From: Lepidodermella squamata
Taxonomy: Eukaryota > Animalia > Gastrotricha
Assembly: GCA_047495785.1 (NCBI GenBank)
Contig: JBLDXI010000004.1
Location: forward strand, 1,860,001-1,924,000
Direction: 5' to 3'
DNA length: 64,000 nt
Every line of letters starts with the position of its first letter. Positions within the stretch are counted from its first letter, which is position 1. Shown here piece by piece: positions 25,055-37,971 of this stretch. The position numbers and the translations under genes are program-made. The notes beneath the pieces were generated by a model. That model did not search any database. It was given only the letters and a program-made list of their open reading frames with translations, and was not told the DNA's origin.

Positions 25055-26227
25055 TTATATTTTGGTGCAAAATGTTCACGAGAAACTTGCCGTGTTCGCG
25101 CCGCAGTACCCAGGTGAGTGATGCCGTCACGGTCCGTGTGCTAGTCTAAAATCTGTAAACAAATGATGTTCCGAGTCTAAAACAAATGTTGGCTGATTTG
25201 TTGAAACGTGAAACTAGGTGAAGAGGAAATAAATAACAATAATAATTTAGTTTATGATCATAAAAATCGTGCATGATCCTGTCTTTCCGAATAATAAAAA
25301 CTCTATTGCTATCTTACTATTTCTTAACGAGCTGGCATTTAATAACGTTTGAGCGTATTTTTCTAATAAGACAATACAAAATACAAATCATAAATGTAGA
25401 TGGTTCTCAAACTATCCTCTCGCTCCCGATCAAAAGTTGTGGCTAGCAAATGGTCTTTCTGAGCCCTGAACTGGCCTCTTGCAATAGTAAAATGAAGCCT
25501 TACCGGCCGCGAATACCGGTAAAAAAGAAAAACGTAGAAACAATTATTTCCCAGAATATTCCCGAGTACCGCAGCGGATGGTAGGGATCATTCGAACAAG
25601 TTCACTCGGCCCGTGTCTCGGCACTCCGAAGACCCGGCCAAAGGCAAAAGGCTCGGTACACCATATGACGATTTCCATCATCCTTACCAGTTCTGCGGTC
25701 CTAGTACGTTTGATGGTGAAATAACCTGGTCGATTTCAAGAAATGGCTTTCAAAAAAATCAAATTTTGCATGTAAGTGTGCTATCCAAGGTTGTCGAACA
25801 ATTCGGCAAATAAAATTAAGGATAAATTCATTAATTTTTTGTTTCAATGTAGCATCGTGAGTGTGCACTCCGATCACTACGTTCTCTATGCTTAAAACAA
25901 TTCAGATGTTATGTGAAATGTGGATGAAGCGTCGATATCTAGGCCAAATAAGCCCGACAAATATGTCATATTAATCAGTTTTTATGTGTACCAATATATG
26001 TAGCAGAGCCGACATATAGCGATACAGAAAATGGCGGATTGACACGTTTTTTTACTTCCGCTTCTGACTCGTAATTCGATCCCATATGTGGCGTAGAATC
26101 AAAGCTGGGATACTGTGGCTGAGCTCGAACGGAAGCCGGTAAAGCATCATCCACCCATTCAGGAGTGGACGCAGGGCTCATGGGAAGTTATAGACAATCC
26201 CTTCAGTAACATTGAAGCCATTCAGAA

Positions 26228-27710
26228 ATGACGAATGCTTCAGCGTCCTTGATCCCGTTCACAAGCTCGTGGATTCTCGCCGATTTGCCTGACCGTGGCT
26301 TCAATGGCTCGAGGCCATACTTCATCGGCTGGTTCCACGACTTGAGCGCTCAATCGATCGAAGACCGGCTCCCGTACACGCTAACTGTTTTAATAATGGC
26401 GATTCTCGGAAGTCTGGCCAGCATCGCGAACGTCGTAATCTACCACCGCCGCAATGTTAAAAGAGACTTTCTGATGCTGTGCTCTCTGGTTGCGATTAGG
26501 AATGTTTTGTGGTGCGCAAACTGGTCCTACGCTGTGCTGGTACCTTTGAGGACCGGCTTCTGGGAGGCAGGCGCGGCAGCTTGCTCTGCTGTTTACTGGA
26601 ACACGGCTACACTAGGCGGCTTGGGCTGTTTCGCGAACATGCTCATCAGTTACGAGAGGCGGCTGTGCGCATGCTCAACATCGATATACCGCTCAAGTGC
26701 ATTGAAAGTAAGCTCATCAAACCATCTAGTTTTGCTAGACCGTTCGTTGTTTCTTTACGCGTTTAACAACCGAAATAACAGTCTGACTACGTCCCACGTA
26801 AGACTGTCTTCCTTACTACACTTCTAAATTGACATGATTTTGATAAAGAAAAGATCGTAGAGTAAAATTAGAGTTTATGTGTTTGCTGCAGTGTATAGTC
26901 CGAAAATTCTGGCTCACCCATAGATCGATACTAAACTTTAAACTTGATTGAACAGCTTCTTCTGCTAGCTGGTGGGTTCTTGTTACTATGCGGCGGCTGT
27001 GCGGTTGTATTCGTATTCGAGCCATACGAAGCGCTGTCCTATCAACGCCTAATCATCGATGGGATAGCGAACAACACGGCTGTGCCTTTATGTGGGTCTT
27101 TCGAATACAAATTCATCGGCGAGGCAGATACTGTCGTGCTGATCATGGCGTACTACCTCTTCGCAGTTCAAGCTTCGTCTGTCGGCCTGGCCTACAACTA
27201 CTGGTAGGTTTCGCAGTGTTGATATCAGTTTTCTATCAGCCGGTCGTAATTTACAGGAGAATGTTTGCCCAAATCCGAGCTGTGCGCTTGAGATGGCGAG
27301 AGACGTCGACTATCGAGGAGAAATGGCAAAAGCGTGAAGTTTTCATCGCCAAGCAGTCAATCGCTGCTTTCTTAGTGTACAACGCATTCCACCTACCACT
27401 GGCTGTTCATTTCGCTCTTCAGCTAGGCTACGTCGATCTCGGGCCGCGATTCGCATCCGGCAACCTCATGAAGTACGGTCACGTGTGTTTGCTGGTCGAG
27501 ATGGTCGTTTCATCAGTCATCAGATCGCTGAAGCCAGGCTTCACGCGCAGTTTGCTGTGTCTTGGCTACTCCCGTCGCGTCAAAATTGCGCCGTCCAGTG
27601 GCAATAACAGTAGCACTGGTCAGACCGCAGCGGCGGTGGTTCAGGCACACGCTACCCGTGAACAGGATTGGTTTAAAAGGATCAAAGTGCTGATATTCGG
27701 TCGAAAGTGA
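26228..27710 (+). CDS. GPCR paralog H, copy 2
   Basis: Exons 26228-26707, 26956-27203, 27257-27710; ORF translations identical to copy 1. Confidence 0.9.
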
Positions 27711-28479
27711 GGTCGAAGAGTTGCCTAAGTGATGGTTGACATTTAAAAATTGGTTCAAGTTTAAGCTGGGCAATCATATCCAGGCCAGTTTGACATTATC
27801 TATGAAACAGTTGTGCAAATGGTTTCACATCCCTGCGGTTGCATTTTGTATTTGTCATCATGAAATGTCAATAGTAAGGTAGAGTAATATATACCATTTT
27901 TTAACTTGAATTTTGCCTATAATGTTTTCACCGATTTGTTACCATAAAAGAACTTGAGAGTGTGCATATTCTACATTCTAAATAGTAAATAGTCTATTCT
28001 ACATATGTCGGCTTGGCGCTTGGATGGTTCATGCTTTATGTACTAATTTTTAACTATTATGTCTCAGCGTTTAGTGTTGAAAACGAAAAAGTAGATCTCA
28101 AGAACTGTCGGGTACAAGAACGTGATAGTCGTTTTAATGACATCACGCAACCCAAGTCCGTGCACCGCGCATGCGTGAAAACAACAGCTCCATCCGAGCT
28201 CAATCGGAAAACACTTTGATACTCATCGTTTCCCTGTCTACTTGAACAGGCCTAAACGCTTCGAGCAAGCATTGTCGTGGAAATGCCCAACCTTAGCCGT
28301 TGCTTCCGAAATGAAGCAAGCAGCAAGCATGATTGCTCGGGATGAATACCTGTTCCGTTAATCATTAATCGAACACGCGTAGGTGGGGCGGATGTAACCT
28401 GACGAAAGCATTGAGAGCATCCGGCCGGCTGATGCGGACGAATCGACACTAGCACTTTGTATTTTTCAGACGCCATACA

Positions 28480-29830
28480 ATGAACGGGAGCACACTTCAT
28501 CCGGCAGCTCAATCGAAGCCGGCAGTAGCAGTTTTGCTGCCAGGCGGAGCTTGGATTGCGGCCGATATCGCAGACCGCGGCTTCAACGGCTCGCGGCCGT
28601 ACCTCGTCGGCTTTTTCCACGACTTGAGCAGGCCCTCGATCGAAGATCGACTGCCGTATACACTGACCATAGTCATAGTTGCTGTCTTAGCGATCGCAGC
28701 CAGCATCGCTAACTTGGTGGTCTACTACAAACGCGGCGTCAACAGCAGTTTCATCATGCTGTGCTGCTTAATCGCCTTTCGCAATATTATCTGCGCCCTG
28801 AATTGTTGCATCAGCTTTCTGATCACTCTGCCAACAGGCTACTGGGAAGCCAGCCCGGCATCTTGTTCCATCGTATTCTGGATAACAGGCACGGTCGGGG
28901 CTTTCGGTAGTTTTGTCAACTGTCTCATCAGCTACGAACGGCGTCTCTGTGTCACTTCAACCAGCATGTATCGGACCAGCTCCACCAAAGTAAGAATAAT
29001 CCAAACAGCGGTCGACGGGTCTATTGAGCTAGATGTCTTCGAAATAGATTTTTCCGACTTCGTGTGTCCCCCTTTTAATCGAGTATCATCATAAATGTGC
29101 ATTCTTTTCAGCTTTTGATTCTGGCCGCCGGCTCTTTCGTCTTTTGCGGAATTTGTTTTGGACTATTCACGTTCGCACCGTTGCCGATAATGGCCCACCA
29201 GCGGCTGGTGGTCGATGGCATCAACAACAACACAGCCATCGATTTGTGCGGCGTGTTCCCGTACCGCTTCGTCGGCTCCTCTGATACTAGCGTCCTACTG
29301 CTTATTGTTTTTTTTATTGTCATCCAAGCGACAACTTTTGGTTTAGCCCTCAACTACTGGTAAGCACTTCCCCAGCAGTTTTGAGATTCTCATTTGTTCA
29401 TCGAATATTCGATTGCAGGAAAGTGTTCTCTCAAATTCGGTCTGTTCGTTTGGGCTGGCGTTCGAAGCTGCAAGGTTCCGATCGAGAGGCGCTGTGGTAT
29501 CAGCGCGAGTTGTTCTTCGCTAAACAATCCGTCGCAGCTGTCCTCGTGTACAACGTGTGCCAATTGCCGATGGCTGTTCATCTGGCGATGCAGATTGGCT
29601 ATGCAGAAATCGGACCTCGTTTCCTGACCGGCGACTACACCAAGTACGGCCATGCAGTTATCTTGTTCGAGATCGCAGCTTCAGCTGTCGTCCGTAGTTT
29701 GAAACCGTCGAATCGCGTCACAGTTGTTATGCCTCCAAGTGCGAACCGTACAACGAAAACAGTAGTTGACACTCAAGATGATCGGCAGAATACAACAACT
29801 TTCAATTTGACCAAGGTTTTAAAGCGGTGA
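28480..29830 (+). CDS. GPCR paralog I, copy 1 (389 aa)
   Basis: Exons 28480-28989, 29112-29359, 29419-29830; open joined frame. Confidence 0.9.
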
Positions 29831-30505
29831 AAGCGTATGAATTAGCAGGAAAAATAAATAAAATGAATTCCTGGAATAATTCTCGAGTTATTTATCTGTA
29901 AAATGAAGTAGCAAATGAGACGCGAAATCCGAATGTTGCAAGCTAGCCGGCAATGCATCATCCAAGAATGATAAGGCCGAAGAATTGATCGGAAGTAAAC
30001 AAATCAAAACTAGACTAGTCGCGTAGCGAAATGCTGCGAAATGCCCATTCTGCGTTGAAAATGACCTTGACTAGGCCGTCGACTAGGCGCTAGGCCATCC
30101 CATTTCTAGGACACGTCATTGCCCATCCGTCTCTGTGACATCCGATTGAAATCATCAGCTGGGAACAACAACCCATAACACAGCAAATCACGCAGTGGAA
30201 ATGAATCACATACGCTGATCATTCACATGCGTACCGAGGAAGAAAGCATGCAGCACAAAAGTAACAATCTACAGACGGCCGACGCCCACGGTGATGCTCA
30301 CCGGCATTTCAAATAACGTACCAGGGGTTCAACACATTAAAGCTGGGAAAATCCGATAAGTACATTGCAAAAATGAGCTAAATATCTTCCGCATCAGCAA
30401 AATCCGAGCGGAAACGAGGAGATGAAGCGCTTCATAAAAAACACTTAGAAAATCACCCGTATAGATGAGCATTTACATTTTTGAAACTTTAATTAAAGTG
30501 AAAAA

Positions 30506-32572
30506 ATGTCGAACATCACAATAGCGGCGGCGTCTCTGATGCCATTTACAAGCTCTTGGCTTCTTGCTGATCTGCCCGACCGCGGTTTCAATGGCTCGAG
30601 GCCGTATTTCATCGGCTGGCTGCACGACCTGAGCGCCCAATCAATCGAAGACCGACTGCCATACACGCTAACTATAGTGATTCTGGCGATTCTTAGTAGC
30701 CTAGCCAGTATTGCTAACATCGTAATCTACTACCGCCGCAATGTTAAACGAGACTTTTTGATACTGTCCTCTTTTGTGGTTGTTAGAAACGTCCTGTGGT
30801 GTGCCAACTGGTGCTACGTTGTGCTGGTGCCGCTGAGAACTGGCTTCTGGGAGGCAGGTCCAGCTGCGTGCTCCACAGCTTTCACGATAATGGCTGTCTT
30901 AGGCGGGTTCGGCTGTTTCGCAAACATGCTCATCAGCTACGAGAGACGGCTGTGCGTTTGCTCCGTGTCTCTTCACCGGCCAAGCTCAGTAAAAGTAAGT
31001 CAACGAATGAAAATCATCCTCTGTTATCGAGCGTTCAGCAGGACTATTTTGCATATTTGCATAATTTTTATCCCCAACACGTTAAGGATAGGCCGCTCTG
31101 CTATGCAGAACAACAATTATGACAAGTATGATTCCAGTGCATTTCCGCCAGTGACTTTGATTTGATTTGATTGGATTTATTGAGGAAATCACAGGTCTCT
31201 GTAAATCAATCATTTCAAGTCAAATCCCAAAAAGTCGATAGTAAATCAATCAAATCAAATCATCAAGCCCGTTTAAATCAAATCAAATCAAATCTTTCGC
31301 ATATGGAAACATGAGTATCATGGTAAATTTCTGGGGGTTCTTTCAAATTTCAAGCTTGGTTTTGGTTGAATGAGTATGAAAGGGGATGAATAGCTCCGGG
31401 CTTTAGAAAACAGCTGTTTTCAAGGCAAATGTAAGTTCTCATGTTTAGTAACAGGGGGAGATCCGAGAGTTCTGATTTGTATAAATTAGCAGTAAATCAA
31501 GTGGGCTGAATTTAAATCAAATCAAATCATCCTGAAACTTTCTAAATCAAATCATCAAAAAATGGCCTAAATCAAATCAAATCACAATCAAATCAAATCA
31601 AATCAAAGTCTCTGATTTCCGCATTTAAAGTTCATAAAGTAATGCAAAATTTTATAAAATTATTGAAATGGGTAAACGTTAACATTTCAATCGTATGCTA
31701 TTCTAGCTCATGTCCCTCTCAGCTGGTCTCTTGCTGATCTGCTGCGGAATTGCAGTGATTCTCAACTTCGCGCCATATCAATCGCAAGCCCTCGAACGGT
31801 TGGTCATCGACGGCATCAACAACAATACCGCTGTGCCGCTGTGTGGCTCCTTCAACAACAGGTTTATCGGTGATGCAGACACGGCAGTCCTCAATGTGGC
31901 GTACTTTTTCATCGCAGTGCAAACATCTTCCCTCGGATTGGCTTACAACTACTGGTCAGTCATTTCACTATCAAAGTTGACGGATTGTTTTTTTATTGGC
32001 CCGGCCCTTGAATTTGGATCGAATTTCGAAGAATTTATAAAGGATCAGCTATTTAACGTTTCCCGCGTACAGTTAAATCTTCCAGTAGCTACCCGCCTTC
32101 ACTCTCAGAACAATAATGCAGTAGAATTTAGTCTATGCGTGTTTTTAGGAAGATGTTTGCTCATATACGAGCTGTTCGTCTCGGATGGCAAGATAACCAA
32201 TCGAATACCTTAAAATCGAAAATCCAAGAGAACTGGCGGCAGCGTGAAGTTTTCATCGCCAAGCAGTCAATCGCTGCATTCGTGGTGTACAATGCGTTCC
32301 ATCTCCCGTTGGCTGTTCATTTCGCCCTTCAGATAGGCTACGTCGATCTCGGGCCGCGATTCGCCTCTGGCAACTTCATGAAGTTCGGCATCATGTGCGA
32401 GCTTTTCGAAATAGTCGTTTCGTCGGTTATCAAATCGCTGAAGCCTGGCTTCACGCGCAACCTGCCGTGGTCGCGCCGCAATAATAAAGTGAATGCTCTA
32501 GCCACGGTCCGTGTGCTCGTCGCAAATCGCCAGCCGCCACCCGTCAGCAACTGTGAAAAATTAAGATTTTGA
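30506..32572 (+). CDS. GPCR paralog J, copy 1 (386 aa); MITE in intron 1
   Basis: Exons 30506-30994, 31707-31954 (donor gtcagt), 32149-32572; closest to paralog G. Confidence 0.88.
31149..31614. mobile_element. hAT-type MITE (466 bp) rich in ATTTG/CAAAT repeats, in intron 1 of J copy 1
   Basis: TIR CAGTGACTTTGATTTGATTTGATT / reverse complement CAGAGACTTTGATTTGATTTGATT; perfect 8-bp TSD ATTTCCGC at 31141-31148 and 31615-31622; the homologous intron of G has an empty site (gtgcatttccgg, ~15757-15768). Confidence 0.9.
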
Positions 32573-33079
32573 ATGAAGGTGAAACGTGAACTTTAGCTGA
32601 CGAGGATACAAATAACAATAAAATAATAGAAATAGAAATATTTCCTTGGACAATTTGCCAGCGCTGGCGTTTATTTATTGAAGTTAACGCCATTGAACTT
32701 TATTGATGATTGATAATTAAGGAACACAGGAGAGTGTAAACCCAGCTGGATATATCGCGTGTCGCGTGCAAATTTGACATTTGAAAACTGATTGAGATAC
32801 GCATTTTTGTAATTCGAATCCCGTAAAATAAAATGCCTTGCCAGACATTTTAAACTGTACGCATCGACCTTGCACTTCGAAAAGTATTTCAGGAGCCACA
32901 GGCTGGAAAGAGGAAGAACATTGAAGACAAACCGTTAATCGAACCACCTGCGATTTCCTCGACCGCCCATCACGAATATTGATTTGACGCAGGCAAACTT
33001 CCGGCGGCTTGAAATCCTAAAATCTTTCACCGAAAGGTTAAGCGATTGCAGTTGTTAGAAAATTAATGTTATTGAGCCA

Positions 33080-34333
33080 ATGCCGCACAATAATTCAACG
33101 TCGGCTATTGTGATGCCAGGTGGCGGCTGGGTAATGGCGTACATCGAAGATCGCGGCTTCGACAGCCCGAGGCCGTACTTCATCGGTTGGTTCCACGATT
33201 TGAGCACGAAATCAGTCGCAGATCGACTGGCATACACAGTGGCTATAGTAGCCATCTGCATCCTCGGAACCATCGCCAGCGTAGCCAACATCGTGGTTTA
33301 CTACCGCAGAAACGTCAAACGAAATTTCTTGGTCCTGAACGGGCTTCTCGTCGCAAGAAATGTCATCTGGGCTATCAATTGGTCATGCGCAATGCTTGCC
33401 ACCCTGCAGACTGGCTATTGGGACGTTGGACCGGCAGCGTGTGCCGTAGTTTGGTGGATCGCAACAGCTATCGGTCCATTCGGCTGTTTTCTCAATCTCA
33501 TCATTAGTTACGAACGAAGAATGTGCGTTAGCTCGAAGACTCTCTACCGATCGAGCAGCCGCAAGGTAATAGGCGACTCGATTCCGAGTCAGTAGTATTG
33601 CAGCTTTCTAGTGAAATTTCATTGGATTATTTTGAAATCAAGAAACTAAAGGTTTACTTAATTTTTCAGCTGATTTTGATGACTCTGGGCTGTTTCGTCT
33701 TCTGCGCGGTTTGCACGAGCACCTATGTGATTGCCCCTCTTAAAGCGTATGGCTATCAGCAACTCGTGATTGGAAACCAATCGACCCCAGCTGTTGGACT
33801 ATGCGGTTCATTCGACTACAAATTGGTGGGAGATGCTGATACACTGGTTATTGTCCTCATCTACCTTTTGTTCGCTGTTAATGTGTCATCGATCGGCCTA
33901 GCTTTCAACTACTGGTTAGATATTTGTAACCGTCACGTTTTCCGGTTTGTCATTCCTATTTTGTATATACAGGAAAATGTTTTCGCAAGTCAGGGCGATT
34001 CGGTTGGCTTGGAGATCGCAAGGAACCGGCGGAACGTCGCCTATGCGGAATGACTGGCGGAAGCGAGAGGTTTTCATCGCGAAACAGTCCATTGTCGGCG
34101 TTGTGCTGTACACTGCCTTTCATATGCCTCTCGCTATTAGTGTCATTCTGCAGCTTGGCTACACTAGTATTGGGCCGCAGTACGCCAGCGCGAATCTCAA
34201 CAAATATTCGAGCGTTTGTGCAGCGCTGGAAATGGTTGTCTCCTCGATCGTCAAGTCACTAAAGCCGGGATTCACAATAACGCAAGTGTTAGCACGGAGA
34301 AATACAACCAAAGTTGAAGCTAGTGGACTCTAG
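33080..34333 (+). CDS. GPCR paralog K, copy 1 (363 aa)
   Basis: Exons 33080-33565, 33670-33914 (245 nt), 33973-34333; open joined frame. Confidence 0.9.
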
Positions 34334-34635
34334 AAAATAGAAGAAACGTGATTGAAAATGATTTCGTAAAACTATCAGCCTGCCTGAAATGCAACGGGAC
34401 AATATTCTTCCCGAACTCACAGACATTTTCCGACCAGGGTCCTGGGATGTTTACGAAGCGATATTTCACCAGAATTAGCTATAAGAATCGATTATGCCCT
34501 AGAATAGATCAAATATAGTCGAGGCGGAAGGAGATGTTTACGGTGAGAACATTAAAAGCTTCCTGTCCGTTTCATCATGCATCTAAAGCTGACCTGATCT
34601 TGCGCCGCAGTTTCAAGATCCTATCAAAGATATAC

Positions 34636-35930
34636 ATGAACGATACGCTCGAGGTTCGAGCATCGGCTCAGTCGAAGCCAGCAGCAATATTGCTGCCAGG
34701 CGGAGCTTGGATCTCGGCCGATATCGAAGACCGTGGCTTCAATGGCTCGCGACCGTACTTCATCGGTTGGTTCCACGACCTGAGCAGGCCCTCAATCGAA
34801 GATCGACTGCCGTATACGTTGTCTATTGTCATACTAGCCGTTATCGGGATCGCAGCCAGCATTGCTAACATAGTGGTCTACCACAGGCGCAGAGTTGGTA
34901 GCAGTTTTATCATCTTATGCTGCATGGTCACTGTTCGCAACATCATCTGCGCCGTGAATTGCTGCGTCAGTATGCTAGTCACTTTACCAACTGGTTACTG
35001 GGAAGCCGGCCCAACTGCTTGTTCGATCGTGTTCTGGATATCAGGCGCAGTCGGAGCTTTCGGCTGTTTCGTCAACTTTCTCATCAGCTGTGAACGGCGC
35101 CTTTGCGTTACTTCGACTATCGTGTATCAAACCAGCTCCACCAAAGTAAGTTCAAGCCATAAATCATACATGTTCGCAATGATGAAAATATGTCTCAAGA
35201 TATTGCTTCTAGCTTCGGGTTCGTTTGTCTTTTGCGCCGTTTCAACTATCATATTTTCCTTCACCCCCTTGCCGCTCATGGTGCACCAGCGGCTGGTCGT
35301 CGAAGGTATCAACAACAACACAGCCATCGATCTGTGCGGGTGGTTCCCGTACCGCTTTGTCGGTTCTTCCGATTCAATCGTCCTAGTTCTAATTTTCTAC
35401 CTGGTAATTGTCCAAACCACAACGTTTGGCTTGGCTCTGAATTATTGGTGAGCTTGTCGTAGAAAACTTAACCATTCCAAGTAAAATTCTGATTACTATA
35501 AAGGAAAATATTCTCAGAGATTCGCTTGGTCCGGCTTCGTTGGCGCTCGCAACAAATCGGGGCTCCAACAACGGATCGGGAAGCGCAGTGGTACCAGCGC
35601 GAGTTGTTCATCGCCAAACAGTCAATTGCTGCTGTTCTCGTGTACAACGTGTTCCAAATGCCGCTTGCTGTTCACATTGCCATGCAGATGGGCTACGCTG
35701 AGATCGGGCCTCGATTTGCGACCGGCGACTTCAACAAGTACAGCCACGCGGTTATCATGTTCGAGATCGCAGCTTCAGCTATAGTTCGCATGCTAAAACC
35801 GTCGAACCGCGTGGCCATTGCAACGCCATTAAGTGCGACTAAAACAATGAAAACAACGGGTGGCGCAAAGGATCGGCACAACACGAAGACTGTGACTTCG
35901 GTCAAAGTCACTCGGATTAGACCAAAGTAA
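34636..35930 (+). CDS. Hybrid GPCR L/B (394 aa): paralog L up to the start of TM7, paralog B for the rest of TM7 and the C-tail
   Basis: Exons 34636-35145, 35200-35447, 35504-35930. Matches L copy 2 through 35746 and B (3789-3984) from 35735. Confidence 0.85.
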
Positions 35931-36474
35931 CAACAGCTTGCCCAATGTTTTCGCTATTATTTTTGATGACTTGTAGAGACTTGTAGACTTGTATGCCTTG
36001 AAAAGTGATTTTCTGATTAAAACGAATAAGAAAATGGAAAATCCGCGCATACGCGTCATGTTCGTGTCGAAATTATAGCGGAGCGTAAAAGAATGCTTGT
36101 AAATTTATATTGGAAAATATTTTCAGTTCCAACATCAACAGCAACAGCGACATGATTAAATTATTTAATCTCGAATATCAAAGTAATTCAGCCCGGATGC
36201 AAATCAAAACTGTCATTTCTATCATTTTATCCTCAAGTTTGCCGGATATGACTAGCGCCCATATGTTGTACGTGCCCCTTGCTGTTTGATACAGTGTCAA
36301 AAAGACTTGTTAGTGTGAAATTCTTGGTTAGCAGGATACTTGAGTAGACAGGTGTCTAATTTGTATAGAATCATTTCCGAACGGAATCGACATGCTGAGA
36401 GCTTTCCGAACAGCCGATCCTCATTCACAGGTTCAATAATGATTTTTTCATTTCAGTGTGAAACAAACTGAAAA

Positions 36475-37971
36475 ATGACAAAAAATGTGTCTATCTTCAC
36501 TGCGACGGCCTCTCTGATGCCATTCACGAGCTCGTGGATTCTGGCTGATTTGCCGGACCGCGGTTTCAATGGATCGAGGCCGTACTTTATCGGGTGGATG
36601 CACGACCTGAGCGCCACATCGATTGAGCAACGACTGCCCTACTCCCTGTCCGTTGTGATAATCGCAGTTCTCGGAAGTCTAGCCAGCATAGCAAATGTCG
36701 CAATCTACTACCGCCGCAATGTCAAACGCGATTTCCTCATGCTATGTTCAATTGTGGCAGTTAGAAACGTCGTGTGGTCTATCACGTGGTCCTTTGCAGT
36801 TCTAGTGCCATTGAAGACCGGCTTCTGGGAGGCAGAGCCCGCGGCTTGTGATGTTGTTTTCTGGATCATTGCAGGGCTGGGCGCTTTCGGTTGTTACGCG
36901 AACATGCTCATCAGCTACGAGAGACGGCAGTGTGTTTGCTCGATGGCCCTGTACCGACCGAGCTCATTGAAAGTAAGTAAACTATTATTTAGGTGTGGTT
37001 TTTATAATATTCGAAGAAATGAGATATCATCAAGGCGGGAAGTATAGGAAATTGGAAAGCTTCTGAGGAATTCCACAACCGGCTACAAATTCTTTTTTTT
37101 CAGCTCATGCTCCTCGCGGCTGGGTTCTTGCTATTCTGTTGCGGATGGGCGGCAGTTTACACCTTTGCGCCGTACCAGTCGCTCACTGTCCAGCGATTAG
37201 TTATCAACGGCATCAACAACAACACGGCTGTCTCGCTATGTGGCTCGTTCGGTTATAGGTTCATCGGTGAATCGGACACTGTTGTGCTGATCATGGCGTA
37301 CTATCTCTTTGCAGTGCAAGCATCTTCTCTCGGATTGGCTTACAACTATTGGTGAGTTAACGCGTGAAGACCTTGGTAAAGACGTGTTACTTTTAATTGC
37401 AAACAAACGCGTTCACTCGAACTATTCTGAAAGCAAAATTTTGAAAAAAAGATCAAAAATTTGCGTTCACACCTTCAAGGTTCAAGGAATATTTCGCATG
37501 GTGAATGTATCACACGACCTAGTTTCAATGTTAACATATTTTCGCTTCAGGAGAATGTTCGCTCACATTAGAGCGGTTCGCCTCAGATGGCGCGATCAGG
37601 TGTCGAATACTCTTCAATCGAAAATCAGAGACAAGTGGCGACAGCGTGAAGTTTTCATCGCAAAACAGTCGATCGCTGCTTTCTTGGTGTACAGCGCATT
37701 CCATCTGCCGTTGGCTGTTCACTTCGCCCTTCAGCTAGGCTACGTTGAAATCGGGCCGCGATTTGCCTCTGGAATCCTCAACGAATGCGGCGCCATTTGC
37801 CTGCTTATCGAAATGGTTGTGTCTTCGGTGATCAAATCGGTGAAGCCAGGCTTCTCGCGCAACTTGCCGTGGTCACGTCGCAACAACCAGGTGACTGCCT
37901 CCGTCAAGACGCCATGTAGTAGTCCGTGTACCAATCGGAAATCACCGGCGACTATAAGAAAACTAATTTGA
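36475..37971 (+). CDS. GPCR paralog C, copy 2
   Basis: Exons 36475-36972, 37104-37351, 37551-37971 (offset 31946); ORF translations identical to copy 1. Confidence 0.9.

Larger units (their letters stand above)
19593..27828 (+). repeat. 8.2-kb tandem duplication, copy 2
   Basis: Starts tgctcgatttcgcgg (= 11347) and ends ggtttcac (= 19587); carries a private 9-bp deletion near 22524. Confidence 0.95.
3789..35746 (+). repeat. Large tandem segmental duplication, left copy (23.7-kb unit plus an internal 8.2-kb duplication)
   Basis: ORFs recur at offsets 31946-31950 (left part) and 23709-23711 (right part) with near-identical sequence. Confidence 0.95.

Noticed and set aside
31149-31614. (ATTTG)n/(CAAAT)n as a telomeric, satellite or CRISPR-like array
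   Set aside because: Bounded by TIRs and an 8-bp TSD, so it is a MITE; there is no repeat-spacer structure.
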